Positions 1 through 6,390 are shown, counted from the first letter of the stretch. The stretch: DNA of 55,750 nt from an uncultured virus (IMG/VR IMGVR_UViG_3300042914_003776) (IMGVR_UViG_3300042914_003776:62001-117750), one strand, 5' to 3'. Translations and numbers: made by a program. Notes: generated by a model not told the origin, from the sequence alone.

Positions 1-187
1 CCATTACTTTCTCCTTACGAGGCTTTCGCCCCGCTCCTTCGCGTTTTCCGCCGTGGGTCATGTACAATCTCCGCCTTTCGTCTACTGAACGAGTTATCAC
101 CGCTATGATGCTGTTGCCCTCGCATGAGTCACAAATTGAAGTGTTGTGTGAATACAACAATGAACCGCATTTCCTACAATTTTTCAT
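1..187 (-). CDS. Small Zn-ribbon protein with HGGKREGAGRKP basic motif (runs off window edge)
   Basis: Manual translation MKNCRKCG..ICDSCE..MTHGGKREGAGRKPRKEKVM; ATGA overlap with upstream gene; no stop before position 1. Confidence 0.65.
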   Translation of the reverse strand, partial: MKNCRKCGSLLYSHNTSICDSCEGNSIIAVITRSVDERRRLYMTHGGKREGAGRKPRKEKVM

Positions 188-342
188 ATTCGACACTCGC
201 TGCATTCTCTTGGCTCTGATAATTCAACAATGTGCCACTCTGTATCGTCGTCCTCGCAATAAAGCAGGGCCGAATCGTGGTCAATAAATGGGCCAACAAA
301 ACTTAATCCGTCTACAAAATTACCATAAACAATTACAAACAT
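184..342 (-). CDS. Hypothetical 52-aa early protein
   Basis: Manual translation MFVIVYGNFVDGLSFVGPF...ECRI; tightly packed between neighbours. Confidence 0.7.
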   Translation of the reverse strand: MFVIVYGNFVDGLSFVGPFIDHDSALLYCEDDDTEWHIVELSEPRECSECRI

Positions 343-343
343 A

Positions 344-505
344 TTATTTTCCCTTTCTCAAAGCCCTTACAGTAAGTCTTAAACTAATCATTGCTAGCTC
401 TGGACTTGGCCCTTGACCGTGACAATTAGCAAACTCGCCACCTAATAAAGTAGCAACATATAAACCGTTCCAGTGACTAAATTGAATGTGTGCCTTGATA
501 TCCAT
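344..505 (-). CDS. 53-aa protein resembling the HicB antitoxin N-terminal domain
   Basis: MDIKAHIQFSHWNGLYVATLLGGEFANCHGQGPSPELAMISLRLTV; RBS AAGGAG; own promoter at 525-552. Confidence 0.6.
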   Translation of the reverse strand: MDIKAHIQFSHWNGLYVATLLGGEFANCHGQGPSPELAMISLRLTVRALRKGK

Positions 506-524
506 TGCTTTCTCCTTTACGATG

Positions 525-552
525 ATTATACACTATACATCGTCACTGTCAA
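525..552 (-). promoter_or_regulatory. Early sigma70-type promoter
   Basis: TTGACA-N16-TATAAT on minus strand. Confidence 0.85.
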
Positions 553-587
553 GGCCCGGAGTTTAATAAAAGATATATTTTTCTTTA

Positions 588-637
588 CCCCCACAAAAGA
601 GGGGGCCCGGCCGGCCCGGCGCCCCCCGTTAGAGGGG
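588..637. repeat. GC-rich repeat element copy A (CCSGG-N4-CCSGG core at 606-619)
   Basis: CCCCCACAAAAGAGGGGG overlapping CCCGG CCGG CCCGG, then CGCCCCCCGTTAGAGGGG. Confidence 0.9.
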
Positions 638-648
638 CTACCTTTTAG

Positions 649-855
649 CTAGTTCTTGGCAACGATCTTTTTGAGGCTCAGCGTTCGATAGCCACCGTTT
701 GCACAATCGACGGTGATATACTTGCCATTAGGGCCGATACCCCTCTTTTCAACTACTCCACTGATAGAACGCAAGATATTGCGATTACCATGCAAAGGAT
801 AAAAAACATCGACCACGCTACCAACTTTAGCACCGATAGCCTTAAAAGAAACCAT
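649..855 (-). CDS. Small SH3/WYL-like protein
   Basis: ORF track; C-terminal GKYITVDC..GGYRTLSLKKI resembles the WYL-domain YRxFxLxRI end. Confidence 0.55.
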   Translation of the reverse strand: MVSFKAIGAKVGSVVDVFYPLHGNRNILRSISGVVEKRGIGPNGKYITVDCANGGYRTLSLKKIVAKN

Positions 856-882
856 ATAAAATCCTTAAAAATAATAAATTTT

Positions 883-925
883 AAACAAAGGATGCGACAG
901 CTACATCTCTGCAACTGTCGCACCC
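883..925 (-). terminator. Intrinsic terminator or processing hairpin
   Basis: 16-bp stem GGGTGCGACAGTTGCA-GAGA-TGTAGCTGTCGCATCC (G-U pairs valid on minus strand) followed by TTTGTTT. Confidence 0.7.
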
Positions 926-940
926 CCACACAAAGAAAAA

Positions 941-1153
941 CTACGCTTCTTTAGTCGCAAACTTTTCAGCCTGATCTTTTCGGTAACGCTCTTGACGCTC
1001 AACAAGGGCTTTAATTAGAGAGTCTAGGCCAGACGCTCCAACCTTAACGGAAACCTCGTTATTCTCGCTGTCACGAAATTCGATTGAATCGTAATTCCAA
1101 CCAATATAGGTCGTAGAAGCATCAAACGAAACCGACTGTTTAACCTTGAGCAT
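941..1153 (-). CDS. Hypothetical early protein
   Basis: ORF track; RBS AGGAG; promoter at 1192-1219. Confidence 0.8.
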   Translation of the reverse strand: MLKVKQSVSFDASTTYIGWNYDSIEFRDSENNEVSVKVGASGLDSLIKALVERQERYRKDQAEKFATKEA

Positions 1154-1191
1154 TTTAGCTCTCCTAACAAAGAAATGAAACTTACACTCTA

Positions 1192-1219
1192 ATTATACCG
1201 GGCGATCAATGATTGTCAA
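1192..1219 (-). promoter_or_regulatory. Early sigma70-type promoter
   Basis: TTGACA-N16-TATAAT; CCSGG in spacer. Confidence 0.8.
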
Positions 1220-1475
1220 ATTTCAGACCGTTAATTTCAAAATACTTTTCGCAATCATTCTTGGAGTCAATCAAGCTCTTTCCGGTGCGTTCCTTATAAA
1301 GTTTAACACACGCAAGCTTACCACGATGCTGACCCTCATACTGTTCTTCAACAGTCAAATAAATAGAATGAGCGGTCACTTCACAAAGCTTAATAATTAA
1401 CTTTGCTACGTGAGAATCCAAGAAAGGGGCAGACTTTGCCGCATTCAATAAATGTCGGATGGCTTCAGTATTCAT
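1206..1475 (-). CDS. Protein with ribosomal L7/L12 C-terminal-like helix motif
   Basis: KLACVKLYKERTGKSLIDSKNDCE resembles bL12 KIxVIKxVRExTGLGLKEAKDLVE; RBS AGGAG. Confidence 0.6.
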   Translation of the reverse strand: MNTEAIRHLLNAAKSAPFLDSHVAKLIIKLCEVTAHSIYLTVEEQYEGQHRGKLACVKLYKERTGKSLIDSKNDCEKYFEINGLKFDNH

Positions 1476-1494
1476 TCGTTTTCTCCTTTTCCTT

Positions 1495-1522
1495 ATTATA
1501 CATTATCGACAGAGGTTGTCAA
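1495..1522 (-). promoter_or_regulatory. Early sigma70-type promoter
   Basis: TTGACA-N16-TATAAT with CGAT in spacer. Confidence 0.85.
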
Positions 1523-1585
1523 GTTCTTTAGTAAAAATCTTACAAGTTCTTTCGGCCCGGCTTGCCCTAATTAATAGGGGGAAAA

Positions 1586-1792
1586 CTAATCTTTTCCAAA
1601 ATAATCTATGCTATCGTTATTGTGCGTTAACCCCTGCTTGGTCAATTCTCCAACAACATCGATAATCCCTTGATCTCGGTAAAGTCTTACCAAATAATCC
1701 ATACAAAATTGCTTCCATTCGTCAACACTTATTTCCCCGGATAGAAACAATCTTCGAACGTCGTCATAACTTGACCTATCATTCCATTTCAT
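1586..1792 (-). CDS. Hypothetical early protein
   Basis: ORF track; upstream CACAAAGGGG leader. Confidence 0.75.
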   Translation of the reverse strand: MKWNDRSSYDDVRRLFLSGEISVDEWKQFCMDYLVRLYRDQGIIDVVGELTKQGLTHNNDSIDYFGKD

Positions 1793-1809
1793 TTCAATTC
1801 CCCTTTGTG

Positions 1810-1998
1810 CTAATAATCGTACTGACCGTGATCCCAGTCATCGCCGCCCATGTAATCCTGCCATTCCGTATATTCGTCCGGCTGGCCGTCGTCGTAGTTC
1901 TCGTTGGCTTCCTCGTCGCCCCAAAACTGGGCCATTTCCTCGGCGGTCAACTCTGGGCCATTGAATTCATCGCACTGAGACTTTTCAAAACTAGACAT
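1810..1998 (-). CDS. Highly acidic small protein (FExxQ[CS]DE family, copy 1)
   Basis: 20 D/E and 1 K in 62 aa; own promoter and ACACAAAGG leader. Confidence 0.8.
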   Translation of the reverse strand: MSSFEKSQCDEFNGPELTAEEMAQFWGDEEANENYDDGQPDEYTEWQDYMGGDDWDHGQYDY

Positions 1999-2044
1999 TT
2001 TAATTCCCCTTTGTGTCTTTTCTATTAATCCTGCTGACTGTTTT

Positions 2045-2072
2045 ATTATACAATATATATCGTCCTTGTCAA
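2045..2072 (-). promoter_or_regulatory. Early sigma70-type promoter
   Basis: TTGACA-N16-TATAAT. Confidence 0.85.
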
Positions 2073-2109
2073 GTGCCCGGCTGAAATAAAAAAAAGAATA
2101 TTTCTTTTA

Positions 2110-2174
2110 CCCCACCAAAAGAAGACCCCCCATTAGAGGGGGCCCGGCCGGCCCGGCGCCCCCCGTTAGAGGGG
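2110..2174. repeat. GC-rich repeat element copy B (core 2143-2156)
   Basis: AGAGGGGGCCCGGCCGGCCCGGCGCCCCCCGTTAGAGGGG identical to copy A. Confidence 0.9.
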
Positions 2175-2190
2175 ACTTACCCGACACCAC

Positions 2191-2952
2191 CTATCTGGAG
2201 TAGCTATGTTTGACCCCCTCCTTTTTGAGTACCTTGAGGGCCTCGGATGCTTCTGAACCCTTTGGCTGTACCCCATGAATGAGGAGCCCGAAACTGGTGT
2301 ACCTCGTTTGGGGGTTGGCTGCGTGTTCATCGGTATGATCGATTTCCAAGCCTAGTTCAGTGGCTTGTTGTACACTGAACACAACTTTAGCATATCTTAG
2401 TTTATACTGTTCGATCAAGTAGTCCTCTCGACCCCCCTCGCTGGCGGTAAGCACTAGATTCTCTGGAATGTCATACAATCGGTTAACCCAGTATCGTACA
2501 CTCTTGGTGTAAGCGTAGAATAAGCGGCCCGGGTTGTTTCGAGCAACTTCAATCCAAGCGTCAAAATAATCTTGGTTGAAAAAATCACCGGCAACATGAA
2601 TCCGGCATACCCCTAAATCGTGGGGCATGCTAGACTGAATCGATTCGATCATCTCGGCTTTAGTTAATGGCCGTAAAGCGTCGAAATTGTGCTTGCGTGA
2701 ATTGTAAACGTTAGTGTATACTACTTCCTGCGAAGCGGAAAAGCAGCGGAGTTGAGTAGCCGGGCCATCTTTGATAGAACGTTTACCGTCTTTTAAAACG
2801 GCTTTAGATAGGCAATCCTTAGCGAATGGGCAAGAGTAGCCCGAAAGCAGGTCTAATGAATAAACCTTTCGGCCATCTTCCAAGTAAACAGCGATAGATT
2901 CTACTTCGGCAAGTGCTTCGATCTTTGCATTAGCTGGGCTGAATTTTAGCAT
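2191..2952 (-). CDS. GP88-like (Cys-cluster, radical-SAM-like) phage protein
   Basis: SCPFAKDC..CFS Cys motif, RIHVAGDFF and FYAYTKS motifs recalled for the phage gene-product-88 family. Confidence 0.7.
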   Translation of the reverse strand: MLKFSPANAKIEALAEVESIAVYLEDGRKVYSLDLLSGYSCPFAKDCLSKAVLKDGKRSIKDGPATQLRCFSASQEVVYTNVYNSRKHNFDALRPLTKAEMIESIQSSMPHDLGVCRIHVAGDFFNQDYFDAWIEVARNNPGRLFYAYTKSVRYWVNRLYDIPENLVLTASEGGREDYLIEQYKLRYAKVVFSVQQATELGLEIDHTDEHAANPQTRYTSFGLLIHGVQPKGSEASEALKVLKKEGVKHSYSR

Positions 2953-2989
2953 TTCTTTGTTCCTTTGTGTTATTGCCTTTGACTCTCTT

Positions 2990-3017
2990 ATTATACAATA
3001 TCGGCAACCGTTGTCAA
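2990..3017 (-). promoter_or_regulatory. Early sigma70-type promoter
   Basis: TTGACA-N16-TATAAT with CGAT. Confidence 0.85.
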
Positions 3018-3061
3018 GTACTTAAATTTATTTTTTATAAAATCCTGCTGACCCTACTAAT

Positions 3062-3220
3062 GGGGGATACGCTAGAAAAAAACTTTTTTGATTTTATTTT
3101 ATACCCCCCGAAAGAGTGTACCCAGATAGACACCCCCCAAAAGAGGGGGCCCGGCCGGCCCGGCTCCCCCCTTCGGAGGGGTATCCCACCACAAGATACT
3201 ACCCCCGAGAGAGGAGCCCA
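3062..3220. repeat. GC-rich repeat element copy C, long form (core 3150-3163)
   Basis: AGAAAAAAACTTTTTTGATTTTATT A/T tract, several Cn-N4..6-Gn boxes, CCCGG CCGG CCCGG core. Confidence 0.9.
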
Positions 3221-3225
3221 CGCTA

Positions 3226-3387
3226 CTATACCGCTAAATCGCTGACCCCCATATCGGATTCGAACTGGTGGAAAAATGCTTCGTTGTAAATCGCCGTCGA
3301 TTCGATGAAGGCTTCCAGCTCCAAGAGGTCTTCTTGGGTTGGCATGTAAACTTCGTCGCACTGCTGAGTTTCAAAAACGTTTTCCAT
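3226..3387 (-). CDS. Acidic small protein (FExxQ[CS]DE family, copy 2)
   Basis: Start moved to MENVFETQQCDEV, downstream of promoter 3431-3458; 13 D/E, no K/R. Confidence 0.8.
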   Translation of the reverse strand: MENVFETQQCDEVYMPTQEDLLELEAFIESTAIYNEAFFHQFESDMGVSDLAV

Positions 3388-3430
3388 TTTCCTAATCCTT
3401 TGTGTGATAGAACGTCTTTCGTATGTCTCT

Positions 3431-3458
3431 ATTATACAGTATCGGCCCGGTTTGTCAA
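3431..3458 (-). promoter_or_regulatory. Early sigma70-type promoter
   Basis: TTGACA-N16-TATAAT; CGAT and CCSGG in spacer. Confidence 0.85.
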
Positions 3459-3463
3459 GAACT

Positions 3464-3658
3464 TTATTGAAAAATCTTAGTTGGAGTCCAGAATTTTGGA
3501 CGGGCTCGGAACGGCCCTTCTTCGTCACAGAACATCATTCCATCGGGGGTACAATAATTCCATTCGCTGAAAATTTCATACCACTTTACCCAACCTTCAT
3601 CGGTTAGAATTGGCGACCCGTCTTTTGGGGCGGTTTCAATTGGTTGAATATCAATCAT
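3464..3658 (-). CDS. DUF551-like small phage protein
   Basis: QPIETAPKDG start and PxxW end typical of this family. Confidence 0.75.
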   Translation of the reverse strand: MIDIQPIETAPKDGSPILTDEGWVKWYEIFSEWNYCTPDGMMFCDEEGPFRARPKFWTPTKIFQ

Positions 3659-3689
3659 TTTCCAGTCCTTTTTCTGATTAGCTGATTAT

Positions 3690-3717
3690 ATTATATCTTA
3701 TTTATCGGCCTTGTCAA
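3690..3717 (-). promoter_or_regulatory. Early sigma70-type promoter
   Basis: TTGACA-N16-TATAAT. Confidence 0.8.
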
Positions 3718-3770
3718 GACTAAAATTTAGCTGAATGCCAAAATCTCAGTGACTATTACCTATCCCAGCC

Positions 3771-3942
3771 GCCCCTATTTATAGGGGTGTTACACACCAC
3801 AAAATTCTGCTGACCCGGAAATCCTACTGACCATTCACCCAAAAACACGCCCCTATTTATAGGGGCGCTACACCCGCCCGCCCGAGGCCCCCCGCTAGGG
3901 GGGTCAGGCCACCCAGTCGGGGGGGATAGCCCCCCTTTCGAG
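3771..3942. repeat. Non-coding repeat block D
   Basis: GCCCCTATTTATAGGGG(T/C)G(T/C)TACAC at 3771-3795 and 3849-3873, two AATYCTRCTGACC boxes, further Cn/Gn boxes. Confidence 0.8.
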
Positions 3943-3946
3943 CGTA

Positions 3947-4282
3947 CTACTCAAAGTCATCGGCGTCGATTATACCTGCACGGATGGCCACCGTAACGAA
4001 CGCGATTTCCTTTCGGTATACCATATCCTCATCGATATTGTATTGGATATCGCCTTCTGGATTCGCTTCAAGCTGGGCCCGGTAATTTGCTACCCGAGCA
4101 GCTTTTTCGTTTTTGTGTTGCCTATGCTTGGAAGTCTTTTTTGTGGCGATACCTACCGCCTTTGCGAGAACACGTAGCGAACGAATACTACCGCCTTTCG
4201 AACGGTATTCAGCTTTCAAGTGCTTGTTGGCAAGGCCGAAAGCGTTTTCAATCGCAATGTCTAGTTCTGTGAAATCGTACAT
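3947..4282 (-). CDS. Hypothetical early protein with basic core
   Basis: Start moved to MYDFTELD after ACACAAAGGAAAAAAA leader. Confidence 0.8.
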   Translation of the reverse strand: MYDFTELDIAIENAFGLANKHLKAEYRSKGGSIRSLRVLAKAVGIATKKTSKHRQHKNEKAARVANYRAQLEANPEGDIQYNIDEDMVYRKEIAFVTVAIRAGIIDADDFE

Positions 4283-4321
4283 TCTTTTTTTCCTTTGTGT
4301 GAGATAAACTTGCCTTACACT

Positions 4322-4520
4322 ACTATAACCGCACAAACTAAACAAGATTAACAGGTCCGATTTATATTTTGTGATAAAAAGATTTTTTGATTGTCGTAAG
4401 TTGTTATATCGCATAGACTTGTAGCACGAAATTATTTTACAACTTTTTTTTGGCACGATATTTGCAATAGATATAGTATAAAAGGGGGGGGAATATAGAA
4501 AAAACTTTTGTGATTTTATT
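4322..4520. repeat. Duplicated regulatory block copy 1 (similar to 5774-5972)
   Basis: Shared ACTATAACCGCA..AAGATTAACAGGTC.GATTTATATTTTGT, TCGTAAGT..ACTT palindrome, TGGCACGATATTTGCA. Confidence 0.85.
4450..4466 (+). promoter_or_regulatory. Sigma54 (RpoN) -24/-12 promoter
   Basis: TTGGCACGATATTTGCA matches YTGGCACG-N4-TTGCW with GG-N10-GC spacing. Confidence 0.8.
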
Positions 4521-4733
4521 ACACACCCCCCTAACGGGTGGTCTCACATATACACCCCCCAAAAGGGGGGCCGGGAGCCCCCGGTCCCCCCGTTAGAGGG
4601 GGTATCCCCCCTTCTGGGCTACCACCCCCCCCGTTCAGGTGGTTTTCAAAAAAATAAGAAAAGTTTTTTTCTGGAGCATCCCCCGATAGAGGGACGCCCC
4701 AAAGAGTGGCTGGGTTGCCACCCCCCTTTCGGG
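4484..4733. repeat. GC-rich repeat element copy E (core CCGGG AGCC CCCGG, 4571-4584)
   Basis: Same box, core and A/T-tract architecture as copies C and F. Confidence 0.85.
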
Positions 4734-4946
4734 CTACATGGCTTGGATCTTTGCCAACCCCACTTCTAGGTTAGTTCGCAAGAGGCGGTAATCGTCTTGG
4801 CTTAAATAAACCTGTTCGCCTACTTTGTTGAAAACGTCGTGAGTTTCGTAGCTTCGTTCTTCCTCATGTTCTAAGGTAGATACCACGGTGAAACCGTTGG
4901 TTAGGTTGTACTTGATTGTTCGTTCATTTACTTTTTCTACTAGCAT
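4734..4946 (-). CDS. Hypothetical protein, paralogue of 6172..6390
   Basis: LVEKVNERTIKYNLTNGFTVVSTLEHEEERSYE aligns with LIETIANRATKFTFKTGWYVIVTTEWDDDRYYE. Confidence 0.8.
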   Translation of the reverse strand: MLVEKVNERTIKYNLTNGFTVVSTLEHEEERSYETHDVFNKVGEQVYLSQDDYRLLRTNLEVGLAKIQAM

Positions 4947-4983
4947 CTTTTTTTCCTTTGTGTTAGTTGCTTTCTACTCTTCT

Positions 4984-5011
4984 ATTATACCTTATCGGCC
5001 CGGCTTGTCAA
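4984..5011 (-). promoter_or_regulatory. Early sigma70-type promoter
   Basis: TTGACA-N16-TATAAT; CGAT and CCSGG in spacer. Confidence 0.85.
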
Positions 5012-5017
5012 GAGACT

Positions 5018-5155
5018 TTAAAGATATTTTAAAGCTTTTTCTGCTTGGGCCTTTAATCCCTCAAAAAGCTTGCGGGTTTCTTCGCTAATTCCTTCTTGCG
5101 ATAGAAGGTCTTCGATGGCTTCGATTGCTTGTTTGATGTTTTTGTAGTAGTTCAT
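5018..5155 (-). CDS. 45-aa helical protein
   Basis: Manual translation MNYYKNIKQAIEAIEDLLSQEGISEETRKLFEGLKAQAEKALKYL; ACACAAAAGGA leader. Confidence 0.75.
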   Translation of the reverse strand: MNYYKNIKQAIEAIEDLLSQEGISEETRKLFEGLKAQAEKALKYL

Positions 5156-5270
5156 TTTCTTTTTTCCTTTTGTGTTTTGTTTTGTTTTGTTTCGATCAAG
5201 CCACGTTAGGTTTGTTATCGGCTTTCGCCTTCCGTTTTAGTCAAGCAACTTTTTGTTTTTCCTTTTCTTT

Positions 5271-5298
5271 ATTATACCTTATCGGCCGGGCTTGTCAA
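5271..5298 (-). promoter_or_regulatory. Early sigma70-type promoter
   Basis: TTGACA-N16-TATAAT; CGAT and CCSGG in spacer. Confidence 0.85.
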
Positions 5299-5315
5299 GT
5301 CTCTTGAGTCATTTT

Positions 5316-5468
5316 TTAGAAGAAATTTAAAATTTCTTCCAAGGCAGCTTCTAGTTCTTCCGACATCCCCGATTCAGGGGATTCTTCGTTCACTTCTTCA
5401 ATCCAGATCAATTCGATTTCGACCGATTCTAGTACTTCATCCGATTGTAGATTCTCAAAAACGTTCAT
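5316..5468 (-). CDS. Acidic small protein (FExxQ[CS]DE family, copy 3)
   Basis: Manual translation MNVFENLQSDEVLESVEIE...EEILNFF; 16 D/E, no K/R in 50 aa. Confidence 0.8.
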   Translation of the reverse strand: MNVFENLQSDEVLESVEIELIWIEEVNEESPESGMSEELEAALEEILNFF

Positions 5469-5505
5469 TTCTTTTTTCCTTTGTGTTATTGTCTTCGTTT
5501 TCTCT

Positions 5506-5533
5506 ATTATACTCTATCGACCAACTTTGTCAA
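5506..5533 (-). promoter_or_regulatory. Early sigma70-type promoter
   Basis: TTGACA-N16-TATAAT with CGAT. Confidence 0.85.
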
Positions 5534-5539
5534 GAGACT

Positions 5540-5734
5540 TTATTGAATTTCTTCAAATTTCTTTTCGAGATATTTTAAATCGTTTGAACGATTTCTGCAA
5601 TTTCTTGGCGATCCCTCACCGTATGCAATCCAATACTTCTTTGACAATGCAAAATATTCTTTTTTACCATTGCCAGCTTCTACGATGCTAACCTTAACAC
5701 CACTTTTTAAAACTTTGCTTTTTAGAATGTTCAT
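5540..5734 (-). CDS. Basic 64-aa hypothetical protein
   Basis: Start moved to MNILKSKV after AAGGAAAAAAGAA; the upstream part of the tracked ORF crosses non-coding repeats. Confidence 0.75.
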   Translation of the reverse strand: MNILKSKVLKSGVKVSIVEAGNGKKEYFALSKKYWIAYGEGSPRNCRNRSNDLKYLEKKFEEIQ

Positions 5735-5773
5735 TTCTTTTTTCCTTATTTTAAACTTTTGTTCTCTTCTACC

Positions 5774-5972
5774 ACTATAACCGCAGAAAACAAATAAGAT
5801 TAACAGGTCTGATTTATATTTTGTTGCAAAAAGATTTTTTCGTCGTCGTAAGTCATTGGTAGATAACAACTTATGATTCGAAATTATTTTTAAAATATTT
5901 TTTGGCACGATATTTGCACTGCTTGTAGTACAAAAGGGGGGTATTGCAGAAAAAAACTTTTTTGATTTTATT
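5774..5972. repeat. Duplicated regulatory block copy 2
   Basis: See 4322-4520; inverted repeat TCGTAAGT 5846-5853 / ACTTATGA 5869-5876. Confidence 0.85.
5902..5918 (+). promoter_or_regulatory. Sigma54 (RpoN) -24/-12 promoter
   Basis: TTGGCACGATATTTGCA identical to 4450-4466. Confidence 0.8.
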
Positions 5973-6165
5973 GTGACCCACCCAGAAGAGGGGGTATTTG
6001 AGAGATCCCCCAAAAGGGGGGTTCCGGGCCGGCCCGGCCCCCTCGTTCGGGGGGATATCCCCCCTTTCAGGCTACACCCCCCCATTCGGGTGGAGTTTAG
6101 AAAAAAACTTTTTTCTTTTTTTTCTCGTACCACCCAGAAGGGGGATCACCCCCCTTCCTAGCGTA
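5936..6165. repeat. GC-rich repeat element copy F (perfect palindrome core CCGGGCCGGCCCGG, 6024-6037)
   Basis: AGAAAAAAACTTTTTT on both sides of the core; multiple Cn-N-Gn boxes. Confidence 0.9.
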
Positions 6166-6171
6166 CCACCA

Positions 6172-6390
6172 CTATCCAGCAAGTTTTTCCAACATTTTTA
6201 ACGTCCATGCGGGGCCACTAGGAAGCGGGTGCATTTCCCCGGCAGGATTGTAGAGGGTGCATTCTTCATAGTATCGGTCGTCGTCCCATTCTGTGGTTAC
6301 GATAACATACCATCCGGTTTTAAAGGTAAACTTTGTGGCTCTGTTTGCGATGGTTTCGATGAGTTGGATAGAAGAAGTTTGTTCGTCCAT
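6172..6390 (-). CDS. Hypothetical protein, paralogue of 4734..4946
   Basis: ORF track; conserved leader and promoter. Confidence 0.8.
   Translation of the reverse strand: MDEQTSSIQLIETIANRATKFTFKTGWYVIVTTEWDDDRYYEECTLYNPAGEMHPLPSGPAWTLKMLEKLAG

Noticed and set aside
2967..3361. ORFs 2967..3245 (+) and 3035..3361 (-)
   Set aside because: They are translations of the GC repeat (RGPGRPG) with no RBS, and overlap a promoter or a better-supported gene
4283..4456. Long start of ORF 3947..4456
   Set aside because: The conserved leader and RBS precede ATG 4282; similarity to the 5540 ORF extension only reflects the duplicated non-coding block
5190..5262. Possible small RNA in the long leader (GGC-GAAA-GCC hairpin)
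   Set aside because: Only a 3-bp stem; looks more like a decayed promoter (TTGACT..CGATA) than a structured RNA
5735..6201. N-terminal extension of 5540..6133 and plus-strand ORFs 5973..6161 and 5998..6201
   Set aside because: They run through the regulatory block and repeat F; the paralogous region at 4322-4733 does not keep the frames
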